IMG/VR virus record: IMGVR_UViG_3300010883_000003
Span: 1 to 64,000 of that record
DNA from: a virus
Length of the DNA: 64,000 nucleotides
Reading direction: 5' to 3' (one strand)
Shown: in pieces, positions 37,245-48,400 of the stretch
Layout of the letters: every line of letters starts with the position of its first letter
Position numbering within the stretch: position 1 is the stretch's first letter
Program-made: the position numbers and the translations under genes
Notes under the pieces: model-generated
Told to the model about the DNA's origin: nothing
The model's input: the letters and a program-made list of their open reading frames with translations, nothing else
The model's database searches: none

Positions 37245-37652
37245 ATGCCCAAGGTAATTTATTCGGCCGCAAAAGGCCTTTATCAAGAGACAGGATCAGG
37301 TTTCCAGGTTAACGACGTAGCGATTCTTGAAGAGGTTCAATCTCTTACAGATCCATCTGCAGCTACTGTTAATGCGTACGGAATTACGACACTAACCAAA
37401 ACAGCTGCATGTACAGCAACATTAGCAGCGCCTACAAGCAGTGAACCTGCCGGCGCGAAAAAGGTCATGAGCATGATCGCAGCTTCTGGTGCCGGTGCTT
37501 GTGTCGTCACATTAACTGGTGGCGGCATTCAAGATGACGGCGCGACAGCTCTTGTATCTCTTTCTTTTAACGCTGTTGGTGAAACCGCAGTATTAATTTC
37601 TAACGGATCAAAGTGGGTAGCAGTTGCCTTAGCTGGCGCAACAGAAGCATAG
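37245..37652 (+). CDS. Putative capsid decoration protein
   Basis: AAGGAG RBS supports the ATG at 37245 rather than 37164. N-terminus MPKVIYSAAKGLYQETGSGF is paralogous to the next gene. Located right after the MCP. Confidence 0.6.
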   Translation: MPKVIYSAAKGLYQETGSGFQVNDVAILEEVQSLTDPSAATVNAYGITTLTKTAACTATLAAPTSSEPAGAKKVMSMIAASGAGACVVTLTGGGIQDDGATALVSLSFNAVGETAVLISNGSKWVAVALAGATEA

Positions 37653-37662
37653 GGAGACTGAA

Positions 37663-38460
37663 ATGCCTAAATTAAATTATACGTCCGCTAAAGGACTCTA
37701 TGAAGACACTGGTTCTGGCTTTGCGGTAGACGGTGTAAGCCTTCTTCCTGGAGTTTCTGATACAGTCACCTTAACAGGTGCGCTAACAACTGTCACATGC
37801 GTTGCAGATGTCGGCGATAGCCTTGATGGTAAGTACTTTATCATTTATGATCAAGCTGGTAACTCTTATGGTCTTTGGTTTGACACAGATGATGACGGAA
37901 CAACAATACCTGCCGGTGCTTCCGCCGCGACCTATAACGTTGAAGTCGCTACTGTAAATACAGGCGGAAACGCCGGAGCTGTTGCCACAGCAGTGCAAGG
38001 TGCTATCGATGGTGATGGAACAGCTAGTGCTGCTTTTGAGGCTGTAGTGGATGGTAGCGATGTCTTAGTTTACAACATTCAAGTTGGATCAATGACTACC
38101 ACCACAGAAGATGCTGGTGACTCTGGTTTTACTGTTACTCTTACAGATAGTACAACAGACTCATCAATACCTGCAGCTCCAATGGCTCAAGCAACTGTGA
38201 CATGTGGTCGTGATGTTGCAACTGTATTACAGGAAATCCCTCTCGATGACGGAGGAGCTGCTGGACAAGAGAAGTTTATTCAGCTTGCAGCACTTTCTTC
38301 TGGTCAAGCTAGATTTACTGGAAAGTTCTTGAACGGCGTAACTGCTGGTACAAAGTTAACATTTAACGCTGCAACCGGTGCTGCTAACGGTTTATATTGT
38401 ATATGGACTGGTACTCACTGGTTTGTTGTTAATAAAATGACAACGCAAACTGTCAGCTAG
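37663..38460 (+). CDS. Putative capsid decoration protein (paralogue with extra domain)
   Basis: GGGAG RBS. N-terminus MPKLNYTSAKGLYEDTGSGF and C-terminal W.GT.W motif. Confidence 0.6.
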   Translation: MPKLNYTSAKGLYEDTGSGFAVDGVSLLPGVSDTVTLTGALTTVTCVADVGDSLDGKYFIIYDQAGNSYGLWFDTDDDGTTIPAGASAATYNVEVATVNTGGNAGAVATAVQGAIDGDGTASAAFEAVVDGSDVLVYNIQVGSMTTTTEDAGDSGFTVTLTDSTTDSSIPAAPMAQATVTCGRDVATVLQEIPLDDGGAAGQEKFIQLAALSSGQARFTGKFLNGVTAGTKLTFNAATGAANGLYCIWTGTHWFVVNKMTTQTVS

Positions 38461-38484
38461 CTTTTAATAGATAGCTATTTAATT

Positions 38485-38516
38485 GCCGTCAACCATCAGG
38501 TTGGCGGCTTTTTTTT
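38485..38516 (+). terminator. Rho-independent terminator
   Basis: GCCGTCAACC-ATCA-GGTTGGCGGC followed by a T run. Confidence 0.85.
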
Positions 38517-38575
38517 ACTTTACTCTACCATACAATAAAATATTATTATAACTTAAATCCTTGGAGGGAATTATA

Positions 38576-38929
38576 ATGGCTATAACATCAAAAGAAAAGA
38601 CAGCTAAGAGCACACCATCCGTAAAAGAAGCTCCAGCTACGACGAAAGCTGCTACCGCGGCCCCAAAGACATTTACAGCTAAACCTGCTGTACAAGAAGC
38701 AAAAGACTTCACATCAGATATCACAAGCTTAGTGGCTCAAATTAATTCTCTAAAAGAAGAAGTCGCAACACTAAGAGAGACTTTAAGCTCACACCAGCAT
38801 GCTACCACAGCGACGGAACGACCTGCGTCTAGCGCATCTTCATCACAAGATGTTGATAGATTACGACAAAATATCAGGGGTGTTTTAAAGAAAATGGGCG
38901 CCAGAGATCATATGATATCCGGATTGTAG
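38576..38929 (+). CDS. Hypothetical Lys/Ala/Thr-rich coiled-coil protein
   Basis: GGAGG RBS ahead of ATG 38576. Confidence 0.7.
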   Translation: MAITSKEKTAKSTPSVKEAPATTKAATAAPKTFTAKPAVQEAKDFTSDITSLVAQINSLKEEVATLRETLSSHQHATTATERPASSASSSQDVDRLRQNIRGVLKKMGARDHMISGL

Positions 38930-39000
38930 AATCATCAACATAACTACTTTATACAAAGACATTTCTTCTCTGTAGGTAATACTTAAAAATAGGTGGTAAT

Positions 39001-40167
39001 ATGTCTTTGTTTTCTTTTACAAGAAATCCAACGCCGTTTGGCTTTTTCGATACTGATGTTGATTTTCAGCAAGAAGCCGACGCGTGTGTAACGTTTACCA
39101 AGCGCAAGCTTGGAGATGATATATTAAGTGTTGAACTGACAAAAAAGCAGATCTGGGCGTGCTTAGAAGAAGGTATGCTAGAATACTGCCGAGTTATTAA
39201 TGAGGCAGACGCAAAGTCACAGCTTAATAACCATCTAGGATACTCTACAGGCAGTAATAAAGCTGGCCTATTTCCGAAGCAGAATCTCGAATATCTTCTC
39301 AGAATGGCTGAACCATACGCTATGGAAGCAGGTGTCGGTGGATCGTATAACGAAATAAGCGGATCGATACAGCTGACTGATAACGTACAGGATTACGACA
39401 TCTATACGCAGCTAAAAGACGACACCGGCACGTTGATTGTATCTTCGAGCGGTAACTCTCCTCGTAACAGGATGAAGATTAGAGAAGTATATCATTTTTC
39501 TCCATCTGCTGGATATAGGTTTTTTGATACAACATCTGCAGTAAATTATCTCAACAACGAATTTAGCTTTGAATCTTTTACTCCTGAAACGATGTTTTAC
39601 GTCTTGCCTGTATTCGAGGATGTTCTAAGAGCAGGCCAGATGGAAATGTCAAATAGGGTTAGGAAGTCCAATTATTCATACAGGATAATGGGTAGTAAGA
39701 TTCGCATCTTTCCAAGACCAACAGGTGATCAAACTAACAGAAAGCTCTGGATAAGAGTTCAATTCAATCCAGATCCCTACAATCCCGACGTAACTGATGA
39801 GTCAATTTACGGCGTATCTAATCTTTCAAATGTACCTTTCGGTCTATATGAGTATGTAAAGATTAACTCTGTAGGCAGACAATGGATTAGACAATATTGT
39901 CTTGCACTCTCCCGAGAGCTGCTGGGTCAAGTTCGTTCAAAGTTTTCTAGCGTACCGATTCCAAATGCTGATTTGCAACTAAACGGTACGGATCTAATAT
40001 CTCAAGGAAGAGAAGATCAAGGACGTCTAAGAGACCAGTTGATAGAGCTTCTTGATAGTCTATCATATAGTAAGCTTCTAGAGGGTCAAGCACAAGACGC
40101 AGAGAATATTACTCGTGCTCTTAAAGCGATCCCTATGCCGATTGGCAAATCGATAATAATGAAGTAA
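39001..40167 (+). CDS. Neck/head-tail adaptor protein (T4 gp13-like)
   Basis: KRKLG...VELT..QI N-terminus and WIRQY.LAL.RE.LG.VR.KF..P...LNG C-terminus. Position after head genes. Confidence 0.8.
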   Translation: MSLFSFTRNPTPFGFFDTDVDFQQEADACVTFTKRKLGDDILSVELTKKQIWACLEEGMLEYCRVINEADAKSQLNNHLGYSTGSNKAGLFPKQNLEYLLRMAEPYAMEAGVGGSYNEISGSIQLTDNVQDYDIYTQLKDDTGTLIVSSSGNSPRNRMKIREVYHFSPSAGYRFFDTTSAVNYLNNEFSFESFTPETMFYVLPVFEDVLRAGQMEMSNRVRKSNYSYRIMGSKIRIFPRPTGDQTNRKLWIRVQFNPDPYNPDVTDESIYGVSNLSNVPFGLYEYVKINSVGRQWIRQYCLALSRELLGQVRSKFSSVPIPNADLQLNGTDLISQGREDQGRLRDQLIELLDSLSYSKLLEGQAQDAENITRALKAIPMPIGKSIIMK

Positions 40168-40180
40168 GGATTCTTAGGTT

Positions 40181-40846
40181 ATGGCTCGACTTTTCATTAC
40201 ACCCAGAGAACAAGACTTGATATCAGATCTTACCAAGGAGATTGTTAAGGATGTTATAGGTCAAAAGATATACTATTATCGTGTAATGTCTGAGGTCACA
40301 AAAGTTCATGATATATACGAAGAAGCTATCGAGAAGCATTTTGACACCCCGATCGAGCTCGACGCGACAGTTGAATGGGGTGATCAAACAACATCAACAA
40401 ATAGATTTGGATCTGAGCAGCTGTATGGTATAACCGCATTCGTCCACTACAGAGATATAATAGACAAAGATATAGAAGTTAACGAAGGTGATTACTTTTC
40501 ATACGGAGAAACGTTCTTCGAGATAACTTCAACAGTGTATTTATCTGAAATATACGGTGAGATAGAGTACAAGACGGGCATCCAGCTTAATGGCAGACAG
40601 GCTCGTAAGGGTTTAATAGATAAAGACCCAATAGGTCCCACTGACGAAGGAAACGGGGATGCTGATGCTTTACAAGAGACGTTTGTACAACAGCGCGGTC
40701 AAGCTGAAAATGAGCTTGGAGAAACTGGTGATATCCGCGCATTACAAAAGCAAGGTAAACTAGAGGCCCCTCTGGACGGACCGAAACAAGTTTCACCAAA
40801 GGGTGATCCAGATGATGTAAGCTCTTCATTTTATGGTGATGAATAA
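40181..40846 (+). CDS. Neck/head closure protein (T4 gp14-like)
   Basis: E..K..IGQ.IYYY, D.YEEA..K.F, EGDYF..GE.FFEI pattern and gene order. Confidence 0.7.
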   Translation: MARLFITPREQDLISDLTKEIVKDVIGQKIYYYRVMSEVTKVHDIYEEAIEKHFDTPIELDATVEWGDQTTSTNRFGSEQLYGITAFVHYRDIIDKDIEVNEGDYFSYGETFFEITSTVYLSEIYGEIEYKTGIQLNGRQARKGLIDKDPIGPTDEGNGDADALQETFVQQRGQAENELGETGDIRALQKQGKLEAPLDGPKQVSPKGDPDDVSSSFYGDE

Positions 40847-42156
40847 TGGCTACTAGATACACAAATAGCGGACAAAGAGGCCAGGAAAAAGTAGCATCTG
40901 GATACTCTAATGATCCAGCTACCGACTTCACTATGCCTTCCTGTACAATAGAAGATGTTGATAGAGGTGTATTTAATCTGTTTGATAAAGAGCTACCCTT
41001 ATACTACCGACGAAAAGATGCCCTTAAGAAAGTCCCTGTAATCTTTGCAACAGGTGAAAGATTCGCTATATTATCTAGAAACAGGCCTCTTAGAGATAAA
41101 GATGACGCTTTAATACTTCCTCTTATATCTGTTGTTAGAACAGGTATTGAGCAGGAAGACTCAAAAGGAAACACTCTTAATCAAGGCGCTCCTATTCTAG
41201 TTAAGGTAAAGCTGTCTGATGAAGATCCGATCTATCAGCGCTTGCAGAACAAATTAGGATTTAAGAACAGTGATACATCCGCGATCACAGCTGAAGAAAG
41301 CACCACCGAAGGTCTTGGTGGATCAACTACTCCCGGTAGGATAGCAACTAGAAGAGTAGCGCCAAGCATCTCGGTTTCTGCCAGAAATGGCACAGTATTA
41401 GATCCAAAGTTACAAAAAAATATATTTGAGTTTATAGAAATTCCGCCCGTTAAGCAATACACTGCAAGTTATGAAATAACTTTTTGGGCACAATATACAC
41501 AAGAAATGAACTCGATGTTGACTGTAATGATGAGTGGATATATAGAGAATAGAAGAAGGACGTATGTAATAGAAACAAAAGAAGGTTATCGATTTACTGC
41601 GTTTACAGACTCTGCGTTAACACCGCAAAATAATTTTGATGACTTTACAGATGCCGAAAGGTTAGTAAAATATAGTTTCACGATGTCTGTTGCTGCATGC
41701 GTAGTCGCTGCACAAGAACCCGGTATGCCTGTGCCATTTAGAAAAACTATATCTGCTCCTGAAATATCATTTGATACTTCGACTAGCCCTAGAGGAGGAC
41801 CTGCCGGCGGAAATCGCGGCGCGGTACTTTCTGGAGATCCATCAGCATATATTTTACAAGACTTACAGACTGACGCAGACGGTTACCCGACGTCTGCAAT
41901 TGCCTCAGATAAAAAAAGATTGACGACCGGATTTCCAGGAAAACCAGTTGCTTCAATAGGCGGTCAAAAATCTGATTTAGGCAATTCCGCTCCCACCGCT
42001 ATAATTACTGATATAGATCCTTTTACTGGTAAAAAGGAGAAGAGGTTTGTACTAATGTCCGTTTCAACTCCCAATAAAGGAGAGACCGTTTTTCGGTTTG
42101 GACTTAAATCACCCGAGGGAATTGAGATTGACTTGGGCAAATTACTTAAAGATTGA
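40846..42156 (+). CDS. Tail terminator/sheath stabiliser (T4 gp15-like)
   Basis: KVPVIFATGERF, LPLISV.R and YEITFW..Y..EMN motifs. Lies between neck and sheath genes. Confidence 0.65.
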   Translation: MATRYTNSGQRGQEKVASGYSNDPATDFTMPSCTIEDVDRGVFNLFDKELPLYYRRKDALKKVPVIFATGERFAILSRNRPLRDKDDALILPLISVVRTGIEQEDSKGNTLNQGAPILVKVKLSDEDPIYQRLQNKLGFKNSDTSAITAEESTTEGLGGSTTPGRIATRRVAPSISVSARNGTVLDPKLQKNIFEFIEIPPVKQYTASYEITFWAQYTQEMNSMLTVMMSGYIENRRRTYVIETKEGYRFTAFTDSALTPQNNFDDFTDAERLVKYSFTMSVAACVVAAQEPGMPVPFRKTISAPEISFDTSTSPRGGPAGGNRGAVLSGDPSAYILQDLQTDADGYPTSAIASDKKRLTTGFPGKPVASIGGQKSDLGNSAPTAIITDIDPFTGKKEKRFVLMSVSTPNKGETVFRFGLKSPEGIEIDLGKLLKD

Positions 42157-42190
42157 TTTCATGATAAAAGACATTTCGCTATTGCACGAA

Positions 42191-42197
42191 ATAGTTA
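42191..42197 (+). promoter_or_regulatory. Putative phage late promoter ATA-N-TTA (representative copy)
   Basis: Same motif at 4673, 4723, 5003, 7330, 16407, 27747, 32124, 33513, 33552, 37157, 38979, 45422, 48524, 50281 and 50579, always on the plus strand at gene junctions. Confidence 0.7.
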
Positions 42198-42231
42198 TTT
42201 GTGATAGCTTAAGATCCAGGAGACCCGACTA

Positions 42232-45200
42232 ATGGCCGAACAAACTTTTAGATCACCCGGTTTTTTTGAACGTGAGATAGATGCATCTCAACGACAAACA
42301 GAAATTGTGGGTGTACCCGCAGGTATCGTAGGCACAGCTGAAAAAGGCCCTGCGTTTATTCCTGTCACAGTTGGCAGTACTGCCGACTTCATAAACAAAT
42401 TTGGTGAAGTAGATCCAGAGAGATTTGGACCTTATGCTGTAGAAGCATTCTTAGCAAATAGAACATCTATGACTTACGTCAGGGTTCTAGGAGCAGGCGC
42501 TAACCAAACAACAACAGATATTAGTAGCACAAATAGTAAAGGAACAGTCAAGAACGCTGGAGTTAAAGTTGTACCATCTACAACTATTGCTTCATCTGGC
42601 TCTGATCATACTGTGCAATTCATCACTGCACGACATTATGTTTCTTCGTCTACAGACTACTCTTATCCAATATTCGCTGATAATCCATCTTTCAGCATGA
42701 CTGCAACTGATGAACGATCAGCAGACCGCGCCGACCTTGTCCGTGCTGTACTGTTGACTTCGACAGGTAGTAGAATGCAGATTCTGAATATCGGTGAAAC
42801 GTGGAGTAACCACCTCGACCAATGCGCGAAGCTGAACACCTCTGATGGTGTATTTGCTCTCGCAATATCATCTTCAGACGGAGCTAGTTTTACTAGCAAG
42901 TTCAAGGATGTTGCTGGCGATGGTGTTAAAATCGTAACTGCTTCGCTAAACCCAACTCATCAATCATATATTGCTAATGTGTTGAATACAGATCCTTTAC
43001 GATTTACAGAAGAAAGACATCTTCTCTATCTCGACTTCGCGGTTGAGAGTGAAATTGCTTCTGTAGATTATCTTAGCACTTTCGGTGTATCCTTATTATC
43101 TGGATCAGGAGCAACGGTTAATACTACACTTTCTGGTGAAGATACTAAAGCGTTATCTGCTTTCGGTAGGTTTGACACAAGATATACTACCCCGCGTAGT
43201 CCACATATCATATCTCAACCGTACGGTAGCAAAGAGCATAACTTGTTCTACTTCGAGACTTTGTCTGATGGAGCCTGGGGCAACGACAAAGTTAAGATGA
43301 CTATTGCTAATATCAAGGCATCTACAAATGGAAACTATCCATATCCAAGCTTTGAAGTTCAAGTACGTAGATTTAACGACTCTGATTTAGATCAACAAGT
43401 CCTAGAATCTTACCCTGGATGTGTTCTTGATCCTGACTCGTCAAGCTTCGTTGGTAAAAAGATCGGTGATTATAAGGCACGTTACAACTTCGATGCTACA
43501 AACGCTAGTGAGAAGAGAATTATAGTTACGGGACGTTATCCAAACATCTCTAACTTTATACGCTTAGTAATAAGTGATGAAGTATATAATAAGACTCTGC
43601 CTGCGGATGTTTGTCCATTCGGTTTCCGTGGTGTTCCAGTACTTAAGACTGCTGATTCAATGACAGATGATGCGAAAAGAGCGTTAAAAGTCGACAGTAT
43701 CAGTTACGGAACTGTGAGTGCAACACCTCGATTATGGGGCGAAGCCGCTGACCATGCCGGCGTAATTCGCGCATTAACCGGCTCGATAATTCCACCTTTG
43801 CCACTTCGTTATAAGATTACTCGTGGACAAGCCACAGACGGCTGGTTTTCAGGTCATCCTGGTGAGAATGAGTTAGTAGACAGACGCTTAAACTGGGGCG
43901 TAAAATATGAAAGAGCTCCAGAAACAGGAAGTCTTGCTAACGCAAATAGAGATGTTAACGCTTCTAGCGTTGCGAATCCTATAATAGAAGCCTATGCGAA
44001 GTTTCAAGGTATATCGAAAGTTGGTACTTTATTAACTGGTTCTGGTGCTGATGTTTACTGTGCTAATAAGTTCACCCTTTCAAGGGTTGCTCTTGCAGGT
44101 ACTGGCTCAGCCGCTACTGGTAATACTTTACAGCATCTTACTGCTTCTGCACAAGAACACATGCTGGAAGCTGCATATCTACGAAACGTAACACCAGATT
44201 CTAAAGACTACACCCTGATGGATCCAGATGAAGTTGGTTACGGCCGAGTAAGTCTTGGTACACTCATACAGTCTTCATCGGTCAAGTTCAACAGGTTTAC
44301 TGCTTATACTGCATTCAACATTCCTGTATACGGAGGCTGGGACGGTACGAACATATTAGATAAAGATATGTTCTATATGAATGACAGGGCTTCTTCAACC
44401 GATGATACATCATCTGTTAACGGCTTAGTTGGTAAGGCTGCATCTTCATTCGATGCAAGAACGATTGGTCTAAAGACTAATCCCGCCGGCGAAGGAAGAC
44501 AAAATAACAACATCTCGTCATATCGGGAAGCTGCCACAATCATAACTGACCCAATGGCAACTTCAATTAATATCCTTGCGATTCCCGGTATCAGAGATTC
44601 ATTCGTAACAGATCACGCTGCAGAAAAAACGAAAGATTATTCTATGGCAATCTATCTAATGGATGTAGCATCATACTCCGAGTCTAACACAAGACTATTC
44701 TTGACAGAAGACAGAAGTAAGGTTGTTAGTGCTTCAACAGCATTCCCTGACGTCCGAGAGACAACAGAGCAATTTGAGTCTAGAGTGTTTGATAATAACT
44801 ACACCGCGACTTACTTCCCTGATGTTTATATAACTGATAGTAAGCTTGGCTCTAAAGTCAGAGTTCCGGCATCTGTGGCAGCGATTAGCGCGCTGGCATA
44901 TAACGATTCCGTAGCGTACCCTTGGTTCGCACCTGCTGGCTTTAATCGCGGCGGATTGGATGTTGTTAGTAATACAGATGTCCGCCTCACAGCGGGTGAC
45001 AGAGATACCCTATACGATGCACGTATTAATCCAATAGCAAACTTTGCTGATGGTAGCTTTGTAATATTTGGACAGAAAACTTGTCAACTTGCTCAATCGG
45101 CGCTTGATAGAGTTAATGTAAGAAGAATGTTACTTGAACTTAAGAGACAAGTCGTGTCGGTGGCTGATAGGCTTTTATTCGAACCGAACAATAACTCAAC

Positions 45201-45420
45201 TAGAGCACGCTTCGTTAACTCGGTTACCCCGCTGCTATCGACGATACAGTCACAGCAAGGTATAGAGTCTTTCAAAGTTGTTATGGATGACACGAATAAT
45301 GGTGTCGAAGATGTTGAGAATAACAGACTAAATGGTAGGATAGTCGTCGTACCAACAAGAGCTATCGAGTTTATTGCGATAGATTTTGTAATAACTAATA
45401 GCGGCGTAGACTTCCAGTAG
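42232..45420 (+). CDS. Tail sheath protein 1 (gp18-like)
   Basis: SPG..REID N-terminus, GTAEKGPAF.P, and C-terminal PWFAPAGFNRG, INPIA.F, GQKT.Q..SALDRVNVRR, P.RAIEFI. Confidence 0.95.
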   Translation: MAEQTFRSPGFFEREIDASQRQTEIVGVPAGIVGTAEKGPAFIPVTVGSTADFINKFGEVDPERFGPYAVEAFLANRTSMTYVRVLGAGANQTTTDISSTNSKGTVKNAGVKVVPSTTIASSGSDHTVQFITARHYVSSSTDYSYPIFADNPSFSMTATDERSADRADLVRAVLLTSTGSRMQILNIGETWSNHLDQCAKLNTSDGVFALAISSSDGASFTSKFKDVAGDGVKIVTASLNPTHQSYIANVLNTDPLRFTEERHLLYLDFAVESEIASVDYLSTFGVSLLSGSGATVNTTLSGEDTKALSAFGRFDTRYTTPRSPHIISQPYGSKEHNLFYFETLSDGAWGNDKVKMTIANIKASTNGNYPYPSFEVQVRRFNDSDLDQQVLESYPGCVLDPDSSSFVGKKIGDYKARYNFDATNASEKRIIVTGRYPNISNFIRLVISDEVYNKTLPADVCPFGFRGVPVLKTADSMTDDAKRALKVDSISYGTVSATPRLWGEAADHAGVIRALTGSIIPPLPLRYKITRGQATDGWFSGHPGENELVDRRLNWGVKYERAPETGSLANANRDVNASSVANPIIEAYAKFQGISKVGTLLTGSGADVYCANKFTLSRVALAGTGSAATGNTLQHLTASAQEHMLEAAYLRNVTPDSKDYTLMDPDEVGYGRVSLGTLIQSSSVKFNRFTAYTAFNIPVYGGWDGTNILDKDMFYMNDRASSTDDTSSVNGLVGKAASSFDARTIGLKTNPAGEGRQNNNISSYREAATIITDPMATSINILAIPGIRDSFVTDHAAEKTKDYSMAIYLMDVASYSESNTRLFLTEDRSKVVSASTAFPDVRETTEQFESRVFDNNYTATYFPDVYITDSKLGSKVRVPASVAAISALAYNDSVAYPWFAPAGFNRGGLDVVSNTDVRLTAGDRDTLYDARINPIANFADGSFVIFGQKTCQLAQSALDRVNVRRMLLELKRQVVSVADRLLFEPNNNSTRARFVNSVTPLLSTIQSQQGIESFKVVMDDTNNGVEDVENNRLNGRIVVVPTRAIEFIAIDFVITNSGVDFQ

Positions 45421-45454
45421 TATAGTTAAGAAATGAAACAGGAGATAATCACAA

Positions 45455-48400
45455 ATGGCTGAACTTACCTTTAAGAGTCCCGGCGTATCGACACGAGAGA
45501 TCGATCTATCTGGACCAACACAGTCTGGACCAAGCGGTATTCCCGCTGGTGTAATTGGAACCGCAAAACAAGGTAGAGCTTTCGTTCCGATCACAATGGC
45601 TACATTCGCTGACTTCATAGCAGAGTTTGGAGATGTTGAGACTAATCTTTTTGGACCACTCGCAATGCGCCAGTGGTTAGGCTATGCCAATTCTGGAACG
45701 TACGTACGTACACTAGGGATTGGTGATGGTAAAAAGAGATCAACTACTGGCGTTGTAACGAACGCTGGCTTTACAGCGGGATCGCAGACTGTACAAGCAA
45801 ATGGAGTAGTTGGCGCGAACACATACGCTGGTATTACAACCACAAATGCTGGAGCGCTTGGTAGAACACACTTCCTTGCTGTGATTATGTCACAGTCAAA
45901 TGGGTCAAACGTATTCTCTAACGCGGGCTTAGACCCAGTAATACCAATATTAAGAGGTGTCCTATTAGCACCTTCTGGTGTTAATCTTGCTCTTAGCTCT
46001 TCAAGAGCAGCTGTGACCAATAACCTTCCATTAGGCGGACCATCAAAGTCTAACTTTGCTGCTGCTTTTGAATTTGGTACTGCTGCAACGAAAGATGCAG
46101 GGTCAACGCTCGGTGCTGTAAATATCGCCGCCGGTCGGCAAGAGTTTGTTATGTTACAAAACGGACATTCTCACACCGACTCATATCCAACTATAGTCAC
46201 TGCATCTTTCGATCCAGTTGCCCCTAACTACTTCGCGAACGTATTTAATACAGATCCAACGAAAACTGAGCAGGCTGGACACTGTCTATACACTCACTTT
46301 GATGTTACTACCGGCATAGCCGCCGTCACAGGTTCTACGAAAATGGCTGCGGCCTACGCTGCCTCGTTTGATGGTGTAAAAGAAGGCACTGCTCTAAAGA
46401 TGGAGGATATTGCGTTCTTAACTACAGGTTCTCTGGCTAGAGCGACAGGAAATACAACGAAGCCTGATTTTGAGAGCTTTACAGACAGATTTAGAACAGC
46501 TAAGTTTCCTACAATAATATCACAAGAGTTTGGTGGACAAAATAAAGACTTGTTTACGATGCATTGCTTGGATGACGGTGCTGTAGGAAGCTCTAGGGTA
46601 AAAGTCTCTATAGAGAATATTATAAAGTCTAATAACACGAATAACAAATACGGAACATTCGATATGTTAGTTCGTGACTTTAACGACACAGACGCTGAGC
46701 CTCTTGTCTTAGAGAGGTTTGTTAAGTTAAGTCTGGATCCAAATAGCGAGAGATACATCACTAGAGTCATTGGCGACTATAACATTTTCTATGATTTTGA
46801 CAAAAGAGTTGGTGGCCAGAAGTTAGTCGTAGAAGGTAGCTATCCCAACGCATCAAACTATGTGAGAGTAAGTCCTTCAACCGAAATGGAACGCGGAAAT
46901 ATTCCAGCAACTTCCTTACCGGTAGGGTTCAGAGGTATTCCACATATAGTGTCATCTGGATCTGCAATCTTTGGAGGACCTGAGCCGGGGACGTTAGTTG
47001 CACTAAAAGCTGACGTTCATGCTCAAATGGTCCAGCCTCCAATCCCAATGCGTCAAACAGTTGCTCAGGGACAATCACCTCGTAAGAGAATCAATACCTC
47101 ACTTTACTGGGGTATCCAAGCTGAAAAACGCTTATCTGTTGCAGAGCCAAATTCTTCTACTGTCGTTGATCCATCTATATCGTCATACGGCGCGTACTTT
47201 CCAAACTATAGATTAGACCAACAAGCAGTTATGGCCGACTCCTCATTTGGAGTTGCTGACGTTACTGGAACAATTTTAGATTGTGATAGATTTAATAACA
47301 ATAAATTCTCTCTTGAGAAGATCCAAGTTATTACAACATCAGCTGACAAAGCCGACGCCGCCCAATGGGCAGCAGCAACATATCGTAGAGACGGTTCAAG
47401 CACCGCTACGTTAACAGATATAGATGGTACTTCATCTTCTTCTACTAGACTGTTAAATGTCTCTAAAGACTTTGGTCTTTCAACAGCTAGGCCATTCCTT
47501 AAATTTACTATGACAGCCCAAGGAGGGTTCGACGGTCTGGATATCTTTAACGATGCCAGAACAAAGATGAAATCTGAAGCTGTTCGTAGAGAAATGACAT
47601 ATACAGATCAAGGTCTAACCGCCGGTCCAACAGTTGCAGCGTACAGAAAGGCTCTTGATGTCATGTCCGAAAGATCAGACGTAGACATTCAGCTATTAGC
47701 TATACCTGGTATTAGACACAGCGGTGTAACAGATTATGCTATTACAACAGTTGAAGAAAGATTCGATGCTTTATATATCATGGATCTTGAAGTAAAAGAT
47801 ACACTAGGCAACATCGTTTCAGGATCTGATCAAGAAGTAAGTGTTACCAATACAGCAGCCGATTTTAATTCTAGAAATCTAGATTCCAGCTTCGCAGCAG
47901 CGTATTTTCCAGATGTGGTAATGATTGACCCATCATCGGGAGCCGCTTCTTCTGCGCCTCCTAGTGTTGCCGTAATCGGTGCCTTTGGGCTTAACGACTC
48001 TGTAGCGTTCCCGTGGTACGCACCAGCTGGGTTTACTAGGGGTGCATTAAAGAATGTTACCGAGACACAGGTCAAGTTAAACAGAAGCAATCTGGACACA
48101 CTATATGAAGCTGATATTAACCCCATCACATCATTCCCACAGTCAAAAGAAGTTGTGGTGTTTGGACAAAAGACACTTCTCGCAGCACAATCTGCTCTAG
48201 ATAGAGTGAATGTACGTCGACTTCTCATCGACATTCGTAGACAGGTAAGAAAGATTGGTGATACATTCTTATTCGAGCCAAACAGAGAGTCCACCCTAGC
48301 AAGATTCTCTGCTGCTGTCACCCCTGTATTAACAAGAATTCAAGCCCAACAAGGTCTCGAAAGATTCAAGGTACAGATTGACACAACAACAACGACACAG

